Origin: Botryllus schlosseri | Lineage: Eukaryota | DNA: 64,000 bases | Reading direction: 5' to 3' | Assembly: GCA_051294905.1 (NCBI GenBank) | Contig: CM119372.1 | Span: 32,924,001 to 32,988,000 of the forward strand | Part shown: one piece after another, positions 13,501-25,500 of the stretch | Numbering within the stretch: the stretch's first letter is position 1 | Layout: every line of letters starts with the position of its first letter | Program-made: the position numbers and the translations under genes | Notes under the pieces: generated by a model | Seen by the model: only the letters and a program-made list of their open reading frames with translations | Told to the model about the DNA's origin: nothing | Databases searched by the model: none

Positions 13501-16500
13501 TAAGCAAATGACGCATGATGAAGAAAGTTGATGTCTCATTAAGCCTTTTCATCGCAATCCTTGTATTGTCTTCCCATATATCATTTAAGAGTATAGTCCT
13601 AATCAAAACAAATGTAATCGTGAGTAATCGTGATTACTTTTTCAATGTAATCGTAATCGTAATCGACTACTTCATGATTTTGCTGTAATCGTAATCGTAA
13701 TCGCGTGATTCCGAAGTAATCGTAATCGCAATCGATTACATTCATAAAGTAATCACCCCATGTCTGATTGGCAGCTACCGATAATTCGTTGCAAAATTTA
13801 CAGAGATTTCCCAGTAAATCTACCAGATTTTTTACAGTGTATATATACTGCTTTCAAATATGTAACGATTATTTATATCGTATTTAGTAATCATATCACG
13901 ACATAAATCAAACGACTGACCCAAGATCCACTTAAGCACGCACATTGAAGAAATAGATTGGGGCGAGGCGTCGCCGATTTTTGTTTATCAATCGCTGGTG
14001 CTAGATTTCAATATCGCAATATGCATCTTCATCTCCAATGCAGAATTACTAAAGGCGAGGAATAGAGGTGCAATTCTGGAAGTTGGGATATGTCCAGTCC
14101 ATCCATACACTAATTTTTACCTGACAAAATGCATAAATGGAATAGTTACGCTTTAAAAACTATTAAATGAAAGTGGAATTAATCTAGAAAACGCAACCAC
14201 TTGAGTAACAGCAGTAGACAAAATCCACTTTCGTATTTAGAAAAAGAAGTACTCCGTGACCGACCACTTCTGCAAACTGATAACAATTTGCTGCGTCTGT
14301 GTGTCCGCCCTTTACTCCTGTCTGAATATGCTGTGGATTGTAGCGTGTTACTAGGAATTAGTCGTCGAACTCGTAATCTGAATTAGCCCGTTACCATTGC
14401 AGCAATTGACCCTTGCTACGGAGTGACGTGCGGACCAAATTCGTCATGTAAAAATGGAGTCTGTGTCTGCCAAACAGGCTACGTCCTGCAGTCGGGAGCG
14501 TGCGTTGGTAAGTGAAACCCCACATTTTATGAAAGTCAATGATGTCGATTGGGACTTATTGCCGCCAAATATGTTTGCTCCGCGGTACTGTGATGGGATT
14601 CTTTCGATTAGGCATGTTGGCTGTAACTACTCTCTGCCGTCGGTGAATTTCCGCATGGATAAACGCGTGTTCCCGTATTGTAGGGTTGCCATGCGTCCGG
14701 AATTTCCCGCACATGTCCGGAATTGCACTGTTAAAACTGCGTCCGGTTGGAATTTCTAAAATATGCCTAGATGTCCGGAATTTTTAAGGCTTAAAGAATG
14801 CTCATAATATTTTCGTAAATCAAATTGAACAATATCATCTTTGGGGAGATTTATGATACATGAAAGTTTTCGTCGCGCTGCGCGCGATTTAGTATCATAT
14901 ATATTGGTTTACACCGTTTGGATGCTTTATTCAAAGATAGTGGTTCTAAACCTGGGGGTAATTTGCCTTTATTCTGGAGTTCGCGAAGATGTTGAACGTA
15001 ATCAGCTTCCTAAATAGGCCGTGAGTAAGTATTGACAAATGTACCGAGCGTTAATAAGTAATCAGCCCATCAAATTTTGAGCCGGGCCACGGAACATTTT
15101 TGAAGTGGAAATGGAGTCGCGACCAAAAAAGGTTGGAAACCATCGGATGTGCGGTGTTTACATAGCTTAGTGGTGCGGTGCGCACTGGCATTAGGCTGAT
15201 AAATAATCCTATCGGTGTGACATGAACATGACTCAGCGATGTACAAATACACTCGTTGCATTTTCGAAGTCATCATCCTCCACCAGCTTTACCGCTAACT
15301 CTGATCATCTGGGCAGAGAGAGGATCAAAATTATGTAGTAATATTTGGAATAACCAATATTATAGACATAATTCATTTAAATCATTTACCGACCAGATGC
15401 ATACAGTAAGTCCCCGGAAGTTACATCGATTACCCTATGGTGGGTCCAAAATTTGTGTTTATTTGAGCAGGACGGGGCTGAAAAAATGTGACTTTGGCGC
15501 TGGTTACAACTTATGACACGCAACCAGATACTCCTGAACCGGATCGTGACCACCTCTAGTTGATAGACAAAGCTTTGCTGGTGTGACGTCATATTGATCG
15601 ACATTGTGCTCATACCTCATTTTGAAATCCGCTAGTGGGCGCTAAAGAGCGCCCGGAATTTGTGCCACTCAAATATGGTGGTAACCCTACCCTATCGCTA
15701 ATAGAAGCCAGCCATTCGTCGCTTTTCTGACGGTCAAATATTGCCTCGTCAGCCAATAAATAAATTGTAATCTCTACTGATATCGAGATTTACAACTTAT
15801 CTGTGTCTTCACTTCCAATTGACGACAAAATACGTATATTGATAGAGCGTCCAGATTGTCGCGTCATAACCAGGTGGCGGGTTTGGGTCACTGCCGGGTG
15901 AATCCTAGGTTTACTCGGGAATTTGGTATTAACGGCTTAACCGCTGGACACTCACATATATCGTGAAAGGGAATATGGTTGTGCCCCCTCAGTAACCTTA
16001 TGTAGTGCATTCGCATCGCTTCTCTATGATCCAAACCCCTTGATTATGCGGGTGAATATATACCCTGTTCCTTCCTTACCCCTTCATGATAAGAAATTGG
16101 CGTAGCCTACTACAGTACTTGAAAATGGAGTTAGCATTAAATCCGAACTAGATACACCAGAAAAAAATTCTTCATCAGACGTGGACAATACTTTACAGTA
16201 TGAACGGTTTTACCTGGCCATAAAAGTGAGATATAAAACACCCGTAAACTGGCCCTAGTCCCAGCGTTATTAAACAATTGTCGAATTTAGATGTATCTGA
16301 ATTTAATGACGAATGAGTATCAATAAAATACAGTGTCATTTTAGTACAAACTTTGTTTCATATACAACAGTTAGGGACCCGTGCAGAGGAGTTAGATGCG
16401 GACAGTATGCAACCTGCCGTCGAGGTGCATGCGTTTGCATCACTGGATATGTACAGCAGGGATCCGTATGCGTGGGTCAGTGCTGGAATGCTATTTCATA

Positions 16501-19500
16501 TTCAATTCAGATAGTGGTTATCAGCATTGCTGAAAGCAGTTATTTCATTGATGAACACAATGTTTTGAGTTTTTTAATGACCTTGCACCAGGCTTGATAA
16601 GACCGTACGATAAGGAACAATTCTATTCGCGCCAGGAATAGTAGAGAAGCTCGAATATTACAATAAGATGTACTTGTTGTTATTATGACGCGCTTAATTT
16701 TTCGTGATTAGTTATCATCTGGCATATAATCATAGGTGGTCATAGGTCAAAGTAGTCATTGTTGATACTCAAGTATATAAGTATTGTTGCAAATTTCTGC
16801 TCTAACACAAGTAGACGAAGCGATTTTCAGAGCATGCTAAAACTCTTTCAGGAATACTGTTAAAAAACGACAGACCGGTGAAGCAATCTGGCAAACAACT
16901 TGAAGAATTAGATTGGGATGAAGCGTTGTCAATTTTTCTTTATCAATCGCTGGTGTCAGTTTTCGATATTGCAATATGCATCTTCATGAGGAAAGTTTAA
17001 GGCGAAGAAATTATATGCAATTCTAGAAGTTATAATATGTTACCATCATAAATAGTCTTCAACGCCCAGTTGTCATGGCAAATTCAGTTGTGAAAGTGAC
17101 GTAAATCTATTCATGAATGACTTTTGACTTAGCAAAGTCCAAAACGTATAAAAAGAGGTTGTGGATTTTTCGCTGTTGCCGTAGAAATGGGAGTAATCTA
17201 TGGAAATATAGCACTGGTATGTAAGTAGCGGTAGTATATCCTACACCACCGACTTGCGTATTCCTGCAAAGTAGATGTGCCAACAGAATGAGGTCGTGTA
17301 TCATTCAAAATAGTGCAGTGAGCTTAAGCTATCTGTTCACCTCGATTATTCGAAATTTCATGCCAGTAACGTCATATTTGGTGATACGATTGTTGATATA
17401 AAATGTTTCTTTTAATTCTCTAGTCTCTAGTATATTTGCTGACGATTACTTCTGACGAATGTCATCCGAATATATATGGATTTATTTTCAGTACGAATAT
17501 ACTATTCCAAAGTGTCGGGTGTAATCAGAAATTCACCGACACACTATTAATCACAATCATTACAATTGCAGTTCCCGATCCTTGCGCTGGAGTCACGTGC
17601 GGACCGAATTCGTCATGTGACAAAGGAAAGTGCGTCTGCCGAACAGGCTACGTCCTGCAGTCTGGAGTATGCGTTGGTAAGTCAATCCTGACACTACAGT
17701 CATTTTATGAGCGATAACGATAGGGGTGCCGTTATTTTGTACAAGGAAACTTATGAAACTTTATTTTGTACATCTAAACTTATGAAACAGGGTAACTAAT
17801 GAAACAGGGATAAGCATGTTTCATTATCATGATGTGCACGCCCAACGGCAGATTTCGACGACAACAAAGGCAGCATAGAGATATACCAACTTCTATCATC
17901 GCTAGCGCCACTGGTTTATAGGCTCTTAACTGTATTCAACCTGACAAGCATCGTGTTTTTGCCAATATAATTGTTCGCGGATAAAGGTGTTGCGACCTGC
18001 TGGAATAGAATCCCTATGATCTCTGTGTTATCTATATACGCTCGATAATATAGTATTCAAGTGAAAAGCAAGGACAGGAGGTAACATTTGGGAATCAGTT
18101 GACTGATCCGGCCCGCGGGCGATTTGAAGCTTTGAATCCATCCCGCGACACAATTAGAGTTTGACACCCCTGATCTGTTATATCTATTATTGACTGCTTT
18201 GACCACTAATATTACTACCTTTCCAGTTCCCGATCCATGCGCAGGCGTTACGTGCGCAGCAAATGCGCACTGCAGAGGTGGCATATGCGTCTGCAAGGAC
18301 GGATTCGTCGAATATCAAGGCACATGTGTCGGTAAGTTTCCCCGCCTGTTGTGTATAATGTAATCGCAGTTCAGAGGGAAGATCCCCTTGAAATTGGAAA
18401 AAAAAGCATTTTTGTGTTGAAATCTGTTCTATTAAAATTCCTCTGTCCAATGATGAGATAAGCCTATGTGTGACAAATTTAACCCTATGGCGAATTTTAT
18501 GATATAACTCTATCGTACATTGGGAATTACCAAAATGTTCAATTGTATTATAGTCCCAGATCCGTGCAGGGGCGTAGTATGCGGACCAAACTCGAAATGT
18601 AAAGGCGGCATTTGTGAATGTGTGGCGGGTTACTACGTTGATGGGTCTTCATGCAAGAGTTAGTATTCATGCACCACAGTACAGAAATATATTCCTCGTT
18701 ACGATGTTATATGTTTGGTTAATTCTTCCAGAAATTGATCCATGCAGTGGTGTGGTTTGTGGACCGTACTCGGAATGTAAAAACGGCATCTGTGAATGTA
18801 TTGCTGGTTACCACGTTCAAGGATCGTCTTGCAAGAGTTAGTATGCAGGCACTGCAATCCAGAATTTTGTTCCTCGTTACGATGTTTTGTTCTGTAAATT
18901 CTTCCAGAAATTGATCCATGCAGTGGTGTGGTTTGTGGACCGTACTCGCAATGTAGCAACGGCATTTGTGAATGCATTGCTGGTTACCACATTCAAGGAT
19001 CCTCTTGCAAGAGTTAGTATGCGTGCACTACAATCCAGAAATTTTTTCCTCGTTATGATGTTATATGTCTGTAAATTCTTCCAGAAATTGATCCGTGCAG
19101 TGGCGTGGTTTGTGGACCGTACTCGAAATGTCAAAACGGCTTTTGTGAATGCATTTCCGGTTACCACGTTCAAGGATCGTCTTGCAAGAGTTAGTATTCA
19201 TGCAACGTAACCCACGAATGTATCGCTCGTTACGATATTATATTGTCCGAAAATTCTTCCAGAGATTGATCCGTGTAGTGGCATCGTATGCGGACCGTAC
19301 TCGCAATGTAACGGCGGCATTTGCGAATGCGTTGCTGGTTACCACGTTCAAGGATCGTCATGCAAGAGTTAGTATTCATGCCCCGTAATCCACTAATTTA
19401 TACCTTGTTACAATGCTATAATTGCGTTCACACAGAAATTGATCCCTGTCATGGAGTGAAATGTGGACAAAATTCATATTGTTCTGGAGGCGTATGTCAT

Positions 19501-22500
19501 TGCATGGATGGTTACACAGTGAAGGGCGGTCGTTGCGTCAGTAAGTACATGACAAATGGGACATGTTTCAAACATTTGAATATGCAAGCTCATTCGTTAT
19601 TTAGTCCATGCATATTGCATCGGAATAGGATGAGCTGCGACTCTCTGTGTGGGAAAATCTCACATAAATCCGCCATACAAACATCTCCCTGAGCATTCGA
19701 CTAACGACTAGCCGTTCCGACGTTACACTCCGGACTAATCTATTTACTCATATCGGCTTCATATGCGCACCGAAATCGTTGGTAGTCATGTTGTGAATGA
19801 CCGCAGGGATTCGTTTTCTAGTCGCGCAAAGCGTGATAATTTTTCATATTCTTGAGTGAATTTCGTCATAAATATTAGTATAGTTTCGCATATTACTATC
19901 AAATATTTATCCTTTCTCAGCCCATAGGATCAAATTCACCGGTAAAGTTGATGCAGGGGGTGTCTTAGAAAATTTAGGGAAGTTATTAATGCTGTGCTGC
20001 ATCTTTGGGTGGGTCAATTGTTATTAGTTCCCTTTGTTGCATATGCTGTTATTTCGTGACATCCCATCACGATTGTCGGTATAGTGGAAAGATATTGGAT
20101 TCGCTCAAACGTACCAGAAATGAATTTCTTTTGCGAGAAGCACACGATTCCGAGTTGGTATTTCTATATGGGGTGCTTCGTTTTCCTCTGCTGATCGAAT
20201 CTGTACTGTGGGGCTCAGATTGCAAAGGGCGATAGTATATCAAAAATGAAAAACGAAGTATTGAATTGAATTACGTTGAATCGCGCGTGGCGTGAAGAAA
20301 ATTTCAAGATTGGTCAAAATCTCTCAAATATTCCGCGGTAGGACTACCAGAAACAAATTTTCTTCGTGATGAGTACGATTACAAATTGGTACTTCTTTAT
20401 GAGCCGCATCATTTACCCTGCTGTTCGCTGTTCTGTGGGGATCAAATTACAAAGGACACTTCTATATTAAAATCGGAAATGAACACGCATTGAACCGCGC
20501 GTAGCGCAAAGAAACTTTTAAGAATAGTTAAAACCTCTCATTAATCAGGGAATCAATTCGTAAGTTCAATTTGCATATTGACGGCCGCCAATACATCCTA
20601 ATCGACATGTGTCGACGGCCGCATAATTTTCCTTTCACTGCCGCAGATTGGCCACCCCTGGACTTGAGAAACGATAATGGGGTTAGCTAGACATGATACT
20701 CGTAAAGCTTGGTCTTCTGGGAAGCCCGAAGTTGTTTTCTAAGCATCGCAGTCTTGGCAGTGGTGGGACATTGCACGTCAAGACAATATACCCATTCATA
20801 TCAGCAAATTCTTCCTCCATGGAATGATATTACCATCGCCGAAGCCGTATATAACAGCTAGTACGGAATAATGATATTGGGCGCGGGAGAATAGCTTACT
20901 ATGAACCAACAACAACAATATGATTAAACTGAAATCAATTTCAGTATTTAGAAATGCTTTAATGCATTAATTTATTTTCTAGTGATCGACCCGTGCATGG
21001 GAGTGTCATGTGGACCGTACTCGAGTTGTCACAACGGAGCGTGTCATTGCGATGACGGATACACTGTTCGCGGCAGCCGCTGCGTTGGTGAGTTGGACTA
21101 CATTTGCAATTGCACAATGTGGATGCATGTATTGTATATTAGCAGGAGTTCAGTTTCTGGGGTAGGTGTTGTTGTTTTAGTATTCATTGCGTTGCGATAT
21201 CTGTCGCCGATATTCTTAGGTTTTGACTTGGTATAGTTCGAGCAGTCGAGTTATTGCATGGCACAATTCCATTTTCGAAGCATTTGTAGGACTCTGTCTG
21301 TATACGGATCGGGTGGCAATTAGGAGCCTATAGTTAAACTTCCATCGCTGGAGTCGATCTCGATCGGCATCTCGCAGGTAAATCATCGATTTGCAGCACT
21401 GGAATTTGCCCCTTGACTGCTCTCTACCTCTCTTGGGTTCCCAATGGAAAAGACAGCGGTAGTTATTGATGATAATCAAGGTCCAATACAAGTAATGCCT
21501 TGAATCTTGACTGAATTAAAATTAGCTGCAGCGATTTTCAAGACATGTCAAAGCTATTTGAACTAGAATATCATATGTTGCAAAAGGCTGCTAATCTATC
21601 TGGTTTGATCAAGTATAGATTTTGGCTTTTGTTACTCATTCACCGGTGACAGCTCTCCAAAAGACTTGTTGCGTCTTCGGAACTCTTGCAGAATGGCTAA
21701 TGGCGTCTCAAATGTAGGTGCTATTATCGAGTGTCGGCCTATGCATTCTTTGTTACCACCGTGATGCAGTGTTGGGATGACTCGTGTCAGACTCGAGTCA
21801 CCTTTTTGGTATGACTTGACTTGACTCGAGTCACTTTGCAAAAATGTCTTGACTAGACTTAACTCGGCGTTTCAGAAATGGGTATTGACTCGTGACTCGG
21901 AGCAAAATTGACGAGTCAGTTTCAAGTAATCGGCGTTGATAAAAATTGCTGTATCTTGCACATGTTCGGATTGTTCTCGATACGCTGGTGTGACCCGAGA
22001 GAGCGTCCGATTCCATTTATTCAATGATTTTGCGTTTTACTGAACCGCCGATGCTCTATCACAAATAATTGACCAGAAAGGAAGTGGGCTTACAGCGTAC
22101 GTAGCCTACTACTTTGACGTAACTAGTAATATAAAAGCAAAGCATTTACCTCTGTTCTATCGACTGGTCATTTGTGCTCGGTGCTCATGCTCACCTTAAC
22201 CAAACCTCTCGTATGATTTAAATTGAATTGTCGCAGGCTTAATCATGCCTCATACTTCGAAAAAGCACAGCTTAACTTGAATTGTGACTTGACTCGTGAC
22301 TTGTCTTGACTTCACTCAAGTCACTTTCAAAGATCGATTGCCTTGACTTGACTCGAGTCAAAATGTGAATGACTCGAGATGACTTGTGACTCGAAGGTAG
22401 TGATTTATCCCAACATTGCCGTGATGCAGGGGCGACCTTGCGCGGTTGATATTCACTGATTGCTATTATTAATGTGCTTTCTCCAATTGAGCCAAAATAG

Positions 22501-25500
22501 CACGGCGTGCAAAAATACATGATGATAACAGACACTTTGATTGTTATCTGATGAGTTTTCTATAATTTGTGTTATTCATTTTATTTTTCAGCAATGGACC
22601 CGTGCATGGGTGTAACATGTGGAGACCATTCCAGTTGCCAAGGTGGATCGTGCCATTGCGATCATGGATACACTGTTCGAGGCAGCGACTGCGTTTGTGA
22701 GTTGTTCAACGAGTTTTGTCATTCGCACTGTGCTTCTGTAAAGTGTCTAAATTACACTGATGATACATGCATGTTTGGGCTCAGTTTCTGGGATAGTTGT
22801 ACATATAGGTTATATGACATTGAGCTATCTACAACAATTATTGCTTGCCTTCGTTTTAGGACTTAACCGCAGTCTAGAATTCAACACTGCATACCTGTAT
22901 GACTAGTAGCTAGTTTGCATATAGTCATAGTCTTCGATGTATATCTTTCATAGTTTTCTACTCCCATTTAATGAAAATATCCGATCATGTTCACTTGTGG
23001 TTAAAGTTAATACATTCAACTAGTGTTTTATGACTTTTTTTAACCCTTCTGTCCACTCCAAATGCGTAATATATTTTCTTTTTCAGCAATCGACCCGTGT
23101 ATGGGTGTTTCATGTGGAGACCATTCGAGTTGCCACGATGGATCGTGCCATTGCGATCGTGGATATACTGTTCGAGGCAGCAACTGCGTTCGTGAGTTGT
23201 TTGACGAGCTTTGCGATTCGAACTGTGCTTCTATGAAGTGTATCTACAGCTGTCCACACACAGCATATTATCTTCATCACTGCTATCTAGGTTGCATCTA
23301 TCCAGAAGCTTTGATGTAGAGTAGGGCTGCATCTTTCATAGTTTTGCTACTCCCATTTAATAATGATATCCGATCATGTTCACTTCTGGATCAAGTTAAC
23401 GCATTCAACCATAGTGTTGTTCTAACTTTCAAATTCTTGCAAACAAATGCAATATAATAACAGATACTTTGATTGCTGTCCAGGAGGTTTCTTTTCATTG
23501 TTTATGTTTTCATTTCTTTTTTCAGCAATCGATCCGTGCATGGGTGTCTCATGTGGAGTCCATTCGAATTGTCACGAAGGATCGTGTCATTGCGATCATG
23601 GATACACTGTTCGTGGGCACAGCTGCGTCCGTGAGTTGTTTGATGAGTATTGAGATTGCTAACTCGGCTTGAGTGACTTGTGTGAATTTCAATGGCGATG
23701 CATGCAAGTTCGGTTTCAATTCCTCGGGTAGATATTACGGAAAGGTCATACCAAATTGAACCGTCCGCAACAATGCAACAATTCAGTGCCACTATTTGTG
23801 AACTCAATAACAATCGAGTATTCGATACTGCTTACTTTGGGCACTGATATCTACGGTAGTTTTCAGCTGGCCAGAAGACATGTTTTTGTCTTTTAGCTGT
23901 TGTTATGCTACGCCACGATTTTGTTTATCCGTCCTCTCCAATTCCTCTAAACTTGAAGTATATGAGTGAATATTGTTCTGAACGGCGTGGAGTCAAATAC
24001 TTGACAATAGCAGATACTCAGAATGCTTTGGTCTTACAGTATCAAACGATTCTCGACTGGACATCATCAAGTTGTTTATGTCCAGAGATTCCGCTGAAAA
24101 TAGGATAATATGCATTCGATTTCTCGCTACGATTTTCTTCTCAGTACCCCCTCTCTTAGACATAGACAAGCTATAGTTGCCTATTTTCATATGGACACCG
24201 ATTTAGCCTCGGAAGACGCCGTTTTCGTTACCTAAACTCCTTCCCGAACATAAATTCAACTTGTAATTTATGATATTATCTAGGTTGGATATGTCACAAT
24301 TGATCAGTGACATAGTGCCGTTGTTTGTTATTTTTGCCGGATCCCCCTACTGTTAGCAGCATTCAAGGACACTATACCTTTGCGTGATAACGAACAGACT
24401 TGAGTCAGCAAACAGAATATTTTGGGCCGTCATTTTCGTGGTTTAACTTGTGTTTGAATCATAGAGAGCTTGTTTCAGCTCGATGTCTAGCGGGGAATTG
24501 TAGAGGTCTCTTGAACCTCTGTTTATACTCGCATCAACTCTGTATGCATGACATCAGTGTTTCAGGAATGGAGACGATTTTAAAGGATTACAAAATCAGT
24601 ACGGCTCACCCAAACATAATAGTATCCGCCCCAAAGAAATTTCCAAAAAAGACATTTTCCCTAATTCCAGCTGTTGATCCATGCGCTACCGTTACGTGCA
24701 AAAGTTACGCCTTATGTGTGAATGGCCGATGCAAATGCCAAACTGGATATGTACAGCACGGCGAGGAATGTAAAAGTAAGTGGACTTTTTAATATGCGAT
24801 CGATGGTAATCAGTCCTCCATCACCCAATCAACAAGGTCAAATACGGGGAAGCTGTGACGTATGTAGGAATTCAAGAAGCATACATGTAAACAAGACATC
24901 TGAACAATTATTAACGACAATGATGCGAGATACTGGCCGTCCCTTCTCTGTATATTTATTATCTGGTCGGTTGATAATATAACTTTGTGGCACAAGAAAC
25001 TTACCATAATTTCGGTACTGCCATGCTCGATTCGGATTCAAGTACGCGAGTCGTTTTTTCCGAGCCCTCTTGTAGCCGCCACAACCAGCCTCTGACATTA
25101 ATTTAGGGTTTCCATGCCTGTATATAACACCGCAGATCTTGAGGGTGCCATCCGTTCCGGAGGCTGGCTAAAAATAAGACTCTGAATATCCTTGGTACTG
25201 AAATTTGCTGTAACTGAGATACACGCATAATACCAATGCCACTTAAATCAAAGGTTGAAATAAGCTTTCGCTCATTTTCGTAAAATATCGCACATTGTGA
25301 GTTCCTTTACGTTGACCAGACCACGGCAAATGGATCCGTGACGTGATGCCTTTGTTGTATTTTTTCAACGTTCTCGACGGTCGCTCCCAAACTTCATCTT
25401 TGTCAAGCTTGTTCTTGCAGTAATGACTAGTCAGTTGGTCTTGTTGTCTGGTGTTCATGGTGTTTCGACTACATAACGGCATAGTCACCTGTCTGATATT

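Larger units (their letters stand above)
10890..13766. mobile_element. hAT-type non-autonomous element with (GTAATC)n subterminal arrays
   Basis: TIRs CAGACATGGGG / CCCCATGTCTG; perfect TSD attggcag (10882-10889, 13767-13774). Confidence 0.9.
7020..13839. mobile_element. Non-autonomous CACTA/EnSpm(CMC)-like element carrying nested insertions
   Basis: Termini CACTGTAAAAAA / TTTTTTACAGTG with further imperfect inverted similarity (TAGATTTAC...CGGTAG), flanked by TA on both sides; absent from the paralogous intron 16476-17571; no transposase ORF seen. Confidence 0.75.
18554..19540 (+). repeat. Tandem exon+intron array, about 177-bp period, 6 exons
   Basis: Exon starts 18554, 18732, 18908, 19085, 19263, 19436; 68-73 bp introns also homologous (gttagta...tcgttacgatg...aattcttccag). 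Confidence 0.92.

Noticed and set aside
15835..16100. Possible tRNA-derived SINE
   Set aside because: A and B boxes too degenerate, no TSD, and no second copy in the window
21480..22535. Possible decayed Penelope GIY-YIG remnant on the minus strand around the 21767 MITE
   Set aside because: Only faint motif resemblance with several stops and frameshifts; needs a profile search
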